Below are positions 36,296 through 49,479 of a stretch of DNA of 64,000 nt, piece by piece. The DNA lies in assembly GCF_018977255.1 (NCBI RefSeq), contig NW_024704743.1, forward strand, positions 77,192,001 through 77,256,000, read 5' to 3'. Under the pieces are notes generated by a model. It was not told where the DNA came from. It ran no database searches and saw nothing but the letters and a program-made list of their open reading frames with translations. Origin of the DNA: Callorhinchus milii (lineage: Eukaryota). How positions within the stretch are numbered: position 1 is the stretch's first letter; each line of letters opens with the position of its first letter. Made by a program: the position numbers and the translations under genes.

Positions 36296-36378
36296 ATCAG
36301 CCATGATCTTATTAAATGGCAGAGCAGGCTTGAGGGGCCCGAATGGCCTACTCCTGCTCCTAGTTCTTATGTTCTTAT
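36296..36378 (+). mobile_element. 3' UTR and tail of the host CR1
   Basis: atcagccatgatcttattaaatggc...gaatggcctactcctgctcctagttcttatgttcttat, homologous to the 3' UTR of the minus-strand element. Confidence 0.85.
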
Positions 36379-36949
36379 CCCTGCTGTCACACGTTGACCT
36401 AAATGAAATAGACCTGGTGTATGGCAACCATATCACTTTTGGCACTGGATGCCTTTCTTGTCATTAATAGCCACACCTGAACAACCAGTTTTGGCAACCA
36501 GTTTTACCCAGGGTCAGCCTGGCTCAGTTTGTGGCTCTTTCAAAACCAAATCAGATAGTTGTGAGTTCAAGCCTACATGGTACTTTGAACTGACTTTCTA
36601 GGCTGATAGATGTTGTAGGTGTTATATCAAATACAAGGGTTAATTAATTCTGTGTACAAATCCTGTGTTTTCAATAAAGTAGAAAATTGATCATGAGTCA
36701 TACTATTACCGCTCTGATTCCCTGTGACCTAATTCCTCCCACGCTGACAATGATCCATTGCCATCAGCAATGACACCAGTAAATGATTGATTTTAGCAAG
36801 CAAGCAAACCTCTTGAAATTTTCTTATAGATGAATAGATGAGACATTAAACCAAGGTCCCGTCTACCTGTTCAGGTGTCATTTTCTGTCAGAATCATGTC
36901 CTCCAGGGTCTGGTGTACCACAGGTGAGAAATACACTTCTGTATAGGGG

Positions 36950-37610
36950 TCCTATATCTGCATCTTGAGAGTATCTGGGAAGAAACAGTGGAGGTTCTGT
37001 CTATAATTTTTCAAAATTTTGTGGAATAGAAAATTATGTCAGACAAATGGAAGGTAGCAAACATGACAACAATAACAACAATTTACATTTGTAAACAGCC
37101 TGTCTGTCGGGAGGATGTCCCAAGGCCCTGGATAGTCATGGATTTGCACCCGAGCTGTGTCCTGGGATCAAGTGGGATGGAGGGCAGGGATAGTGGGGGC
37201 GACTGAAGGCATATGTCAAACAGAAGCATCTTGAAATGGGACTTGAAGTGACATCCTATTCACGAAAGGAGAGAGACATAAACCAAGAAATTACAGCCAG
37301 GTTATGGGTACTTCAGTTGTTAATGAGCTACTGGAGTCTATATTATTATTGGAGAAAAATGACTATGTGCTTAGAGAAACACAAGCTAATCAGCCAAGCA
37401 ACAAGGAATTCTAAAAAGGCAGGTCATGCTTGGGCAATCTTAAAGAAATAACAGAGGGTAGAGAAAGAAAATGCATTAGTAATGGTTTATATGGTTTTTG
37501 AAAAAAGTATTTGATAAAATATTGCATAAAAGGCTTAGGAACTGATGGAGCAATATTGAAATTTGCCGCTGACACTAATTTGGGGCAAGTGACAAATTGT
37601 AATAGGGATT
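36950..37610 (+). mobile_element. Old CR1 RT remnant interrupted by an L2 tail (about 37070-37250, minus)
   Basis: Degenerate WKVAN-(insertion)-VTxLFxKG..NY and FADDT-like segments. Confidence 0.55.
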
Positions 37611-37619
37611 AAATAACAA

Positions 37620-37851
37620 TAATACAAATAATAATCCTTTCATTTGATATGACGCCTTAGCTCCCACAAAAATGCAATCAATTCACTTTGTAGTATATTC
37701 TGTGATGTGCTTTGAGAAGTCCTGAAGATGTGAAAAGCGCTATATCAAATGCAAGGTTTATTAATATTATTATTATCTTAGAGGTGTCTCAAAGCGCTTC
37801 ACAGAAAATACTGTAATGTGAATTGACTGTATATATATATATATATATATA
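37620..37851. repeat. Cluster of SINE tails in both orientations, plus (TA)n
   Basis: 37675-37715 is roughly the reverse complement of 37788-37830. Confidence 0.7.
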
Positions 37852-38619
37852 TCCTGTGTTCTATACAGTATGTGTTGTTCTATCCTATCTCTCTTTTCCT
37901 ATATCTCTCCCTCCCTCTGTCGAGTTCCTTGTTCTGTTTGTATCTTCTCCACTCTCAGTGTTTTCTTTAATTTGAGCAGTGTATGAATTTCCTCTCAGGG
38001 GGCCGTGCATCAAACCGAATAGCACCTCAAACCCGAGCAGGAGAATGGTCAAAGTCTGCGATCGTGCATGGGCTGGTTTGGGATTTGCTCTCGTAACCAG
38101 ACTATTTGCCCACAAGGTTCAGCCGAGCTGTGTGTGAGCTGTGTGCGGGCTGGGCTGGGCTGGACTGGCTGCGTTAGGAATCCGTGGGATGTGTTGTCCT
38201 TTGCATTTTGTACCAAATGTCTGCATAGTTCTGCAAAACTGGTTGCACGTGTCCGGTTCTCAGCCCGTGTTTGACTGAAGTCGCCTTAATGGAAAGCAAG
38301 TGAGAGACGGACGCCTTGTTCTCTCTCCTGTGCTGAGAGGGAGAGAGGGAGAGAGTCCTGTGCAGGAGCAGCGCCAGCCAGGGAGCGATTGGCAAGGACG
38401 GGGAGTTGGGCTGAGGTTTCCCACTGCTGTCAGTGACAGTTTTGCAGGTTTCACTCGTATTAAATGCTTTCTACAGATGTAACACGATTTGAACTCTTAA
38501 TTTCCAACAGCTACCGACCTCGCCGTAGATTGTTAGTTTTCGAGCATATAGTGTTTCACCGTAACGCGGGTTTGTGTGTCCAATGCATATTACACCCACG
38601 TTTCACCGGTTCCACTTTA

Positions 38620-38638
38620 GCACACTAGGGGGCGCTCT
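38620..38638 (+). promoter_or_regulatory. CTCF-like motif
   Basis: gcacACTAGGGGGCGCtc is close to the CTCF core CCACTAGGGGGCGC. Confidence 0.65.
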
Positions 38639-41600
38639 GTACCCGGGGGATCCAGGGGCTCACAGACCGAGTGCTTCACTGCTGCTGCTGCTGCTTTCAT
38701 ACAGTCTTTTCCAGCGTTGTGCATGACCGAGGGCTCAAATCATTTCAAGTGCTGTATTTTACAACAGTTGGAATCCATTGCACCACATCCTTTTAAAAAG
38801 TAAGGAAATTGGAGGAGAAAAAAAAGCGCAAGTCAAAGTAGCATTCAGTGAAAAGAGGATCCATATTTTAATCAATACACAATTGGTCCACACGTCATTA
38901 TTGATAGGCAGGAAAGGGATTTTTTTCATCCAGAGATAAAAGGGCCGCTGGGAATGTCGCTTTACCAATGTGCTTATTTTCAGATGTCTGTCTTTAAAAA
39001 TCACAATAGCTACAAGTGTTTTTTTTTCATTCGGACAAATTGCTCAAAATAGGGCGGATAGACTCATCCGTGTTCAAGAGAATCCTCCCTCAGCTCTCAA
39101 CCGCAAAACTGTTCCAATGCTATCTTACAGCAGACTTTCAATGAAAGGCTCATTTCTTAACACAGCTTATTTTGTAATGCAAACATATAATCAGCCGTTT
39201 CACATACATGCACATCTGCATGTATGAACACTATATATGCTATTTTTCCATAAGCTTATACAATAGGTGCACCTATAAACACATAGATATAACATAGACA
39301 GATGGAAATATAGACTGGTATAAACAGATATACAAATGTGTAGTACTTTAACCATCGCTAATAGTAGATAGAAATAAATAGACCAAAGCAAAACTAGAGA
39401 TTCATACCAAACCTATACTTACATACATTGATAATTCTGAATAAATATGGATATTACAGATAAATAGGTGGAATGTTGGGAACGTGGATGAGTATATTAT
39501 GAGATATATAGTTCATTTGCATAGACCATATCTGTATTCAAATAGATCTGTAGACCTATCTAGAGGACTGGTCAACTGCCTCTAGTATGCAAACAGTGTA
39601 TGGAAGATTAAAGCTTCCCATCAGAATCCCCCATCACTACTGTATAAGAATCGGGTACATGAGACTCCACATATACTTGGAAATTGCTTAGTGCTTTCAG
39701 TATATCAGCTCCAATTTTACATAGGAAGCTCTCTTGTAATGTAACTACAGTACTGTGCATTGTCGAGAACTATGCCATGTTTTGAGCACTTTGAGACGCC
39801 TTCCCGACGTGAAGGGCGCTATGTACAAGTAACACTATATTGTACTAGATGTTGAATAATTAATCACTAAATGGTAGGTTGTGGTATGGACATTCTTTAT
39901 ACCAGGACAGTCCAAGCATGTCATGCAAAGTGTGAAACCCGCTGCTGGTAAATATGCAGAATAAACGGCAGTGCAAATGAATTAACCAAATCGCACAAAA
40001 TATGTTTACCCGCATTTTATTACATTCGTGAGTACAAATAGCTCACAACTTACGAAGAAAGGTGCCACACTGCTGCAGAAGATGTTGCACTTTAGTTCAA
40101 GGAAGAGTGACTATCGATAGGAAAGGGTTCCAACTATGTTGATATGTTGTTGAATGTTCTTACATTTTAATATCTAACCTGGTACACAGTGAAAGCGTTC
40201 ATTTAAAGAACTCTAATTGCACACTGGTCTTCACAGAGCTGAGCACAAGAGCTCTGCGGCATTGGAAAGGAAAGCTATTTGATCTGTACAATATGTGCAT
40301 TTGCCTCATTCATTGTCCAATTCAGGTTCATATGAATATTTCTGCAACTTTGGACTTAAAAAAAGCAATATTTACAATAATAACTTCCAAGAAACCCAAA
40401 GGACATTTTAAGCCAAATGGGGTTTAACAAGTTAACTTCGTTCGTTTAAATGTCGAAATATCTCATTTCCAATCACAACGCCTGAAGATCATTCTTTGCT
40501 TACAATACGCTGATTTAGCTTTGCTTCTGGCGTTTGAATAGTCTTTAACGTCGAAGCAGCTGAACAGTTGTTTTGTGAGACTTTTCAAAGAACTTGCGAC
40601 GTAAGGAATTACTTTTGGATTTCGTGACAGTGCAGAGAAAAGCACACAGTGCAACTCGCTATCACAATCATCATAAATATCATCTGATTATCTGGTGTTT
40701 GTTAAATGTATAATCAGAAAACACGTCCTCGATTGGATTTTGAAGAGGATCAGAACTGAATCCCTGTGTGCAAAAGCCATCTTTGATGTTGGTACGTATA
40801 ATATAAATTGAAGGCTTTCGGAGAGTATTGGGATACTGGTGCTGGCGAGTCACTTACGTTCAGTGAGAAATGCAGGAAATTCAGTACATCCCAAAGAACA
40901 AACTTTAATAAGTATGAAATTCTGTCCGGATTGCGATCAATCTGAAGCATCTCTTTTCCGAAGTCCATGCTTATAGGTATTATAAATCACAAAACAAAAA
41001 GTAGTTTAAGAAGGGATGAGAGATTTTTTGATTCAAATGGCCATTATGGTTGATCATATTTAACGAAGGAGGATTCAGGATTTATCACAATAGCTTTTGT
41101 AATGTCAGTAAACTTGGTGTCAAATATTTACAGGAGAATACACAGGCAAGTTACTAGAATAGTAATATTTTTTGTTTACTTTACTGTGGGATAACCTTCT
41201 CACATTGACACCCTTGGTGTCTGTTACAATTAATATGACCCAAACATAGAGCGTTATAAAGGGTCACCAGATTTGGGGGACGGAGAGATGGGACATAATC
41301 ACTGAAACGAACGGAACCAAATATTCCAGTGATCTGCAGATATATCAGTCACTGCACAGGGCTGCGCTCTCTCCCTCTCCCTCTCCCTCTGTTAGATTAG
41401 TAGATGGTCAAACACATCGTACGTGTAAAGTGGTGCTCGTTCGGTTGAAACCGCACATCCAGGTCTTGTTTAGAATTAATAGCGACATAAACACATCTCC
41501 CACTTCAATATAATCCCAATGCCAGTGAAAGGACTCCCCCCCCCAAATAAAACCGGTGCACAAGCTGTTTAATCACGCCTCCGGGTAGGGGCGGCTGTAA

Positions 41601-42832
41601 ATGCCTCTACACCAGGATGATAGTTGAAATGCAAACTTTGTAAAACTGGTCAATATCTAATGAAGGCTGGAAAACCTTGGCAATAAAGTAGAAACAGTGA
41701 TCCTGTCCTCTGATTCTACCTCCTCCTCCACCCCCCACCCCTCCCGCTGCTATAAACGATAACAGAATAAGTTGATGCCAGCATTGTAATTAATTTGTGA
41801 GCAGCGCTAATTCTGGTAATTTGACCTCCTTGTATAATCTGTCTAAGTGCAGGCAACTCCGGTGGGATTCACACATTTCATGCTTCATTACTCAAATCAA
41901 GCAACTCCTCTGAGTACAACCTGAATGCACCTTGCCCTTTGAAAATACAAGCACTCGAGACAAATGCGCTTCGAGACGTCTAGAAGACGTGAAAAAGGCT
42001 ATGTCAAATGCAAGGATTATTATTATTATTATTTATTTATTATGACGTTTGCGTTTCAAAATCTGCTTTTTTTTTGTCCGGAACTTTAGTAAACACATGC
42101 GGATCAAGTCACACGAGTGGGTTTCAGAAGTCGAGGAATCTTCAGATGCTCTAATGTCATGTTGCTTTTAATTTTGCATGAATTCAGGTACGGGATTTTT
42201 TGACGGTGTTCTCCTAAGTGTGTAGCTTGTCATAAGTATCATTTTTTTATGCACAGGTCCAGCGTCTATCCTTCAAATAGGTGCACAGCAACACCGACCT
42301 GTCCACCAGAGGCACAACTAACCTTATTCTCGGAAATTCAATTTAAATTAAGAAATTCAGGAGGCAAATTAGTAGCACGACATTTACACTGTTTTGCTTA
42401 ATAAGATGTTCACATTAGATGATGTAAGAAGAGGCACAAATGTGTGTTTGTGGATCACCAAACTTCACTTATGGGGAAAATAGTCGTAGCTAAAATATAT
42501 GCAGCAGATACAGTATGCGTCTGCACATAAGCTACGAAGCGTGACACGTTGTTAGAAACATATAAGATTAAAACGAGTACTGTATGTGACCTGAATGCAT
42601 CAAACGCAATACAGTTTGAGCGATGTACATTTAAACAGAATATGCATATATACAACTTCTATATATTTTGAAAGCAGGCTGGACCCAAAATATACCTTTT
42701 GAAGAAATGTCTTCAATATATGTAATTAATTAAACGCCACTATAGTCTTATTCTGTATAATTAAAATATGTACGATTCGAAGTATATTATATCAGCTGTC
42801 GCTTGAATCAATTTCTAGTTGATGGGTATTCA

Positions 42833-42945
42833 ATAATAATAAAGATCCTTGCATTTGATATAGTGCCTTATCACATCTTCGAGATGTCTCAAAGCTCTTC
42901 ACAGAATATACTGTAGAATGAATTGACTGTATATTTCGTGGGCAA
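42833..42945 (-). mobile_element. tRNA-SINE 3' tail
   Basis: Reverse complement of the shared SINE tail. A shorter plus-strand tail lies at 41965-42042. Confidence 0.75.
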
Positions 42946-44929
42946 TGGAAGTGATATGCAACTAAATAATTTAAGGTAACACCCACGCACATTTAAGGAC
43001 ACGCATGTAACACATGTTCGCTTGAAGATAACAATATACGTAAGATAATTACACTTAAGAATATGTTTACGTAACATTTGCATTGAATGAACGTGACAAG
43101 TATAGCATCAAAGTATTTCATAAAAGTAATTGTTGAATACTTTAAAGTGATTATACAGCTAAATTATATACACGAAGAAAGAAGTTAATGCCATTAACAA
43201 ATTGATGATACAATATGTGATTAAAATTATATACACTGGAGAGATGTACGTTTAAGTACGATATGCACTGTATAGGTATATACTGAGCAGAACGTTTGCA
43301 TATCTGTAACAAGTGTCGGTCTGTTATAGTATCCTGAAATGGTATTGACAGTGCGAGCGCATAGATTTTCAAAGTTTTAACCAAGCAATGTGCTTAGAAT
43401 AAACTGGCTTTAGAATGAATGTGGGTACATTGTGAGGAGATTCCAAGGAATTTCGTAAAAAAAGTTAGAAAATAACAAAACCTCTAATTGCCCAAAGTCC
43501 CAAATGCGTTCACTAGTCCTAATTAGATTAAGTGATTAAGGGGATGGGTTCTGCTCAAGAGCCAAGGAACAGAAATTTCACACCAGGCCCACAGGTGAAC
43601 GTATTGTGTAAATATATAACATATAGGCAACAGTTTGCAGGTAATATATACCATAAAGTATGCATAAAGTATTTAGCATATCAAACATAAAGTAATTATA
43701 ATCCACGTTACCATATCCAGGTCGACATAGTCAAATTATAAAATTAGAATAAAACTGGGGGTTTTCATTAAATTAGTGTGCTAAGTAATTTCAGCAGAGT
43801 AAATTCTGTTTTGCGCTGTTCAAAAACTAATAGGAAGTTACAAAACATTTAAAAACAAAGTTATACTCCGAGAAGTTTGACTGAGAGTTTGAATGGCTGG
43901 ATCCATTGGCTATTCATGGAGGTAAATACTTTATTGTTTGTTTTTCATGTCATCCTTTTAATGTTTCGATCCTGATCACAATTATAGTTTCGCTGCAAAC
44001 ATCATTAATCTATTATGCGTGCTTGCAAATATCATGGTTCAGACTCCGAACTGCTCTGATGTGCCATCAGATACTACTAATGTGGATTATCTTCCCCTTT
44101 GCTGCGTAGATCTTATTGGAATGAAAAGATAGACCAGTGTCTACCAAACTCTCGAGATCGCATCCAAAGACATGTTTAGAAACAAAAATAGCAACAGGAC
44201 CAAGCCCGGTTCAAAGACATTAAAACGCCACTGCCTTCCTGGGGAGAAAAAGAAACACCAGTTTGATTATACTAAGGACACACCAGCTTTGAATTTCCAG
44301 TTTGTATTGCAAATATTGCCTATTTGCTTACGCTCAGGTAAAGGAACGATGTAGCGAGGAGGACTGGGGAATAGCAGAAAAAAAATGACAACCACTTGTT
44401 GCAGAGAAAAAAAATCCTACAACCCACTCGATGAACTACGGCGGTGTCGCATTTTTTGCTAAACTTTACAAATAGATCTATCTGTCTGGTGTCTCTTGCT
44501 TTCCATTCTTTCTTGCCTCCATCACCTGATCTGGGCTTCACAGTATGGCCAGTAATTGCGGATAGCTCTGACTATTGCAGATCCATCCCCCACCCCCCCA
44601 CACACACAAGTTCACAAGAGTGCAGCTCCTTTTGTGATGAATGCTTTTTTTTTGGAGGGCTGGGGGTGGGGGGGGGGGGGGGGGGTCAGGACTGGATCTG
44701 GTTGCTGATGAGGAATCGAGACACTGAGGTCCTCGGCTGCTGTAAATCCATCAGTGCTAAACCAGGCTATACCTGGGTTTGACATTCCTGCCGAGTGCGC
44801 AGGCGCCAGCAGGTGACACTCAGCACCTTATGACCAGGTGAGATGATCCTGTGGAGGTAAAAGGAGAAATTATACAACAGCCTGCAGATCATCAACCCTT
44901 AACATCACTGCGGGGTAACTCCAGGCAAT

Positions 44930-44962
44930 ATGTCAATGCTAGGCAAAATGGGGGACTGGCAG
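44930..44962 (+). CDS. TFAP2A: TFAP2A alternative first coding exon, MSMLGKMGDWQ (1c type)
   Basis: ATG TCA ATG CTA GGC AAA ATG GGG GAC TGG CAG|GTAGGT; phase 0; resembles the mammalian isoform start MSILAKMGDWQ. Confidence 0.88.
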
Positions 44963-45088
44963 GTAGGTGAACTTTTGTATTAATCAGACTTCAGAACAAA
45001 ACGTTGCAGATGATTATTTCCCCTGTCTACCTCACCGGTGTTGCTATTTGTGACACCGTTGATTTTTGTCTTGAAATGCAAAACTTCT

Positions 45089-46060
45089 TGGTCCCAGATT
45101 TTAAACCGAGATCCTTGAGCCCAAACCTTGTACCGGTATTTGCAATCGCGTTTCCCTGTTTGAAGTAAAAGGTACAATAATACATACATATATTTGTGCA
45201 GTTTCAAGTAAAAGAAAGTGCAGACGTGCAGGTAATGCTCTAAAGGCCATCATGCAATCATGTATTTTTTTTTGTCGAGGGGATGTGTGAAAGACTTGAG
45301 TTAGAAAAACGCCTCAAACGTTCTTTTCTCCTTCGTGATATTTTGAATTTAATTCACAACCGTCCTATTATCCATCTGTTGGTCAACATACCTAGAAAGT
45401 GTCTCACACAAACCACTCCTCCCCCGAACTGCAAGGTCTATTAACTTGCAGGAAACATAATTCGACGTAATGAGAAAGTCCGATTCTAAATGATAGCGAT
45501 TAACGTGTGCAATATGACCTTATACGCGTTTTCTCAATAGTTCCTTAAAACAATATGTCTTCTGAGATGAAAATATACTGACTGTGTCGTCGAGGAAATT
45601 TAAGTGTACGTGCAGGTTAGATTTCTGTTTTGTTCACAAGTGTAAACGTTGGGATAATTTATACTTGTGTTCTGCTTTATATATTATATATTCATGTATA
45701 TATAGTAGGATGTATCTATATAAAGTTTGATTGGATGTTATCAGGATACTTACTTGAAAGGTTGATAGTTACCAAGCTGCTTCCATAGGTACATTTAAGA
45801 TAGTTATAAACATCGTGGTCCCAGATTTTAAGCCGACATCCTTGAGCCCAAACTTTGTACCTGTATGTACAATCGTATTTCCCTGTGTGAAGTAAGAGGT
45901 ACAATAATACACACATATATTTGTGCAGTTTCAATTATTGAAACTATGAACCTTTCAAGTAAGTAAATATAAAGTTTTGTTGGATGTTATCAGGATACTT
46001 ACTTGAAAGGTTGATAGTTACCAAGCTGCTTTCATAGGCATAGTAAAGATAGTTATAAAC
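45089..46060 (+). repeat. Local duplications A..B-A'-B'
   Basis: A 45089-45207 resembles A' 45817-45934; B 45717-45811 resembles B' 45967-46060. Confidence 0.85.
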
Positions 46061-49000
46061 TTTAATAAAGTGTGCATCATCGGAAACACCGAAGATTCTC
46101 ATTTTGAATGATAAAACACAGATGTGCACGATTTACCTCAGAGAAACTATCGTAACCCAAATCCACTGTTTGTTGCTTTTATGGATTTTCTTACAGTGAA
46201 ACGTAAGAATACCAATGCACCAAATTTCAATTTAGAACAATATCAAAGCCAAATATCTATCATTTCCCAAATGTAAGTTTGAACAAAAAACTTTTAAAAA
46301 GTAGATTGACTTATATCGGGTTGCTAACGTTTCAAATGTGTACATTTTTCCACATAAAAAGGAAATAAACAAAGGAACACTGGGGTATACCTGTGCAAAC
46401 ATATTTATCTACTTATAGACTGGGATATTTTATCTACAGTGAAACGAATAGATTCACTTGTTATGTGTGAAAGCACTTCTCACACGCAGATTTTTTCATT
46501 CAATTTACAATGAAATACACACAATACGGTAATTCCACCATGCAGTGAGTGTCATTTATGGAAGTCGATTTTCCATGTTGGCACAAATTGTCAACAGCAA
46601 ACGTCTTTATACACCTATGGTAAATGTAGCTAGATTCTGAATCATTATTCCTGCTGAAGAACGAAAGTCTAATAAATCTTACAGGGTTGTAAAAGAATAT
46701 AAAATCACTACAGCACAAGCATGGTGCAGGCCAGGTGTCTAAAAGGTGCTATGGTCTACTATGAGTCCGAAATCCCCTTTGCTTCTGCTGGTCATTATTT
46801 TATTTGATCATTCATAGCCACCTTGATTTGTAAACACCTTGCAACAGGTGTTATGGGAAATCGTGTTCCTCCCTAATCCAGATTTTTTTAAAAAAAACAG
46901 ATCTGGTGGGTAACTTTTTATTAGTACTGGGAAGTTTTTATTACCCTGCATTTCTGGCTAATAAAACTATTCCATAAACACACTCCACTTTAGTCCTGTG
47001 TCACCACCTTCACATTAAAAACGACTGTCGATTGATTTAATTCACAATATCGTGAACGCATTTAATGCGTCCAATTCAACATTTCCTTCGTCTTTGTGGG
47101 GAAACCGTCGGTACTTATTGAACGACATCGGCCTTATTTTGGTTGCATCTGAATACAATTACATGTAATTAAACCAATTGAAAATTTCTGGACAGGTGAA
47201 ATAATGTCACACTTTGGGTCACACACAGAGTGTTTCCCATAAATGAGAAGTCCAGGCACTATTTCAAACTGTTCTGTCAAAACGTTTTTCCACACAAGAC
47301 AATAATAACACACAACACTTTTTAATTATTCATCGCATTTGATAACGATACGCTAGTCAATTACATGTTAATTTTATAAATCCTTTTAAAATCAACCAAC
47401 CAGCTACAGTATCTGCTCCAGAAAGGAGCCTGGCGGTGATCAGGCAAATGCAATAAAAATGTAAGCAACTTATGGAAAAGGCTGAAAAATATACGACAGA
47501 ACTTCAAAAAGTATTTTTTTTGTAAGCAATGTGGCCATTGCAGGCCTATAAAATATCGCCATTTAAAATTGATAGATAACTTATCATGTACGTGTGCATG
47601 AGACAGAATAGCAGCATCAACGTCGCACACAATTATTAGCTATCTGTTTCAGTCGATAACATGGTGTTTTGCGAGGCTGGATCCTCTTCTCGCCTTGCGA
47701 TAAACTAAAATCGTCTGAGCAGCTGATTCTGAGTGAGCACGTAGCTGAAACGGATCCCACAAAAACCGCAAAAAAAACTAGAATTTCGCAAATACTGTTA
47801 TACTGTCTGCCTTATATTAAAAGGAAAAGACAGGTCAGGAAACGCACGTGAAAATACGTGCACTTGTGTGTATTTTATGCAATGGGCTCGATGGGTAGGT
47901 TTGAAACATAAACATATCCTGGTTTAGGTAAGAGAATTTAGTTTAATGCTATATAACCCACGATGACGATGGAAATTATTTTGCTGAAACCTTCAAAGGA
48001 GTTCACCTTTCGGAGTGAGATCTGTCTAAACTGGTTGAAATCTCGGTCTTCTCATTGAAGACAATAGGTCTAATGACATCTTTGTCACAGAGCTCCACCA
48101 AAAATGGTAATGAAGATTAGCCAAAGTCGACGCCTAGACCTGGTCACACACATTACCTGACCGAGAGTAATCCTCACACACTTTGTCACCTTGATGAAAA
48201 GAACGCGCATAAATAAACCTTCTGTCTCGATTCATAATTCAGATTCAATTAGCTATTTATTATGGTAAAAACCTATATGTAAAATCTACAGAGGCTGCTA
48301 GGTAGACGGCGCTAGGTCGAAATAGTTCCCTTTTAAGTTATTGTTTATGCATTGGCTTTAGTAGCTGGATGAAAAAAAACACGATTTCCACCTCAATGGG
48401 AGCAAACCAACAGTTTGTTATTTAAAGCCTCCGAGTATCAAAGAGAGGTGGATTCTGAAAGACGTTCCCCTTAGCAGACAATGTTTTCACAGGGATGTTG
48501 TAGAAGATATACCCACCCTGAGAGCTTGATCAATAATGCATGTACCATCGGATTTTGCCCGTTTAAACTATCCTCCAAATACATCGCATAAAATGAGACA
48601 CAGCTGTGTTTTACATAAGCATTACGGTGCCCGTATGATTTTTTCCATGAGAATTACTTAAATAAAGGGGGGGAGGCATCATTAGTGAACTGAATTAAAT
48701 CGCGACCTCTTCAAAATCCAGCTAGCCAGATGTATTTGTCAAACTAGTTAAAGTGTTAGCCGCGAAAAACATTAAGATTACGCTTAATACAGGTGGGGTA
48801 TGGAATTAAGAGTTACCTGCGAAAACTAAGAGTTATCGTTACAGTAATGCCAGTTTGAGTGGATTTCAACCGTGGTAGATCCTATTATTCAGAAGTGAAA
48901 CACTGGGTAGTACTTCACAGTAATTCCTCTCTTTCTGTCTCAATAACTATTATCCTCTTGGGAACGGATCCTAAATAAAAATGAAACACGATAAAACTAT

Positions 49001-49239
49001 AATTGTTTGAACAGAGAATAAACCCAAAGACACCCAAAGCACCATTATATTTTTGAATGCAGATGTGTAGTTGCAGGTCTGGGAGACTGTAACTATTCTG
49101 AATTCCTGTTCAATAAAATAAATAGCTACATGTCTTTTTAGTTACTGTCCACCTCCAATATACTCATTTTGACGGCGGATGCCAACCCGGCAGTGGTAGC
49201 TCTGTACCTGTGACCATTGAAACAGTAATGCGGTTGAAT

Positions 49240-49428
49240 GAGTGTTTGGCTGGCGTTCATATGCTAATTGGGCTGTTATTAGCGAGTTACTAAAGAGCTG
49301 AGAGGGGAACTCGATCGACCATTAGAGGGAGATCTGAGAGCACAGTCGGAGCTCTAAACCAACACACACTCTCTGTGCAGGACTGTCCACTCTCAGAGAC
49401 ATCTAGTCAACCACTTTTACACCAATCC
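49240..49428 (+). promoter_or_regulatory. TFAP2A exon-1a promoter and 5' UTR with octamer-like element
   Basis: ATGCTAAT at 49261-49268 lies upstream of exon 1a. An octamer element is a known feature of the mammalian AP-2alpha promoter. Confidence 0.55.
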
Positions 49429-49479
49429 ATGAGAATGCTGTGGAAATTAGCGGACAATATCAAATATGAGGAGTGTGAG
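49429..49479 (+). CDS. TFAP2A: TFAP2A first coding exon, MRMLWKLADNIKYEECE (1a type)
   Basis: Donor GAG|GTAAGC, phase 0; IKYE SUMO consensus. With exons 2-7 it gives 1320 nt = 439 aa + stop. Confidence 0.93.
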
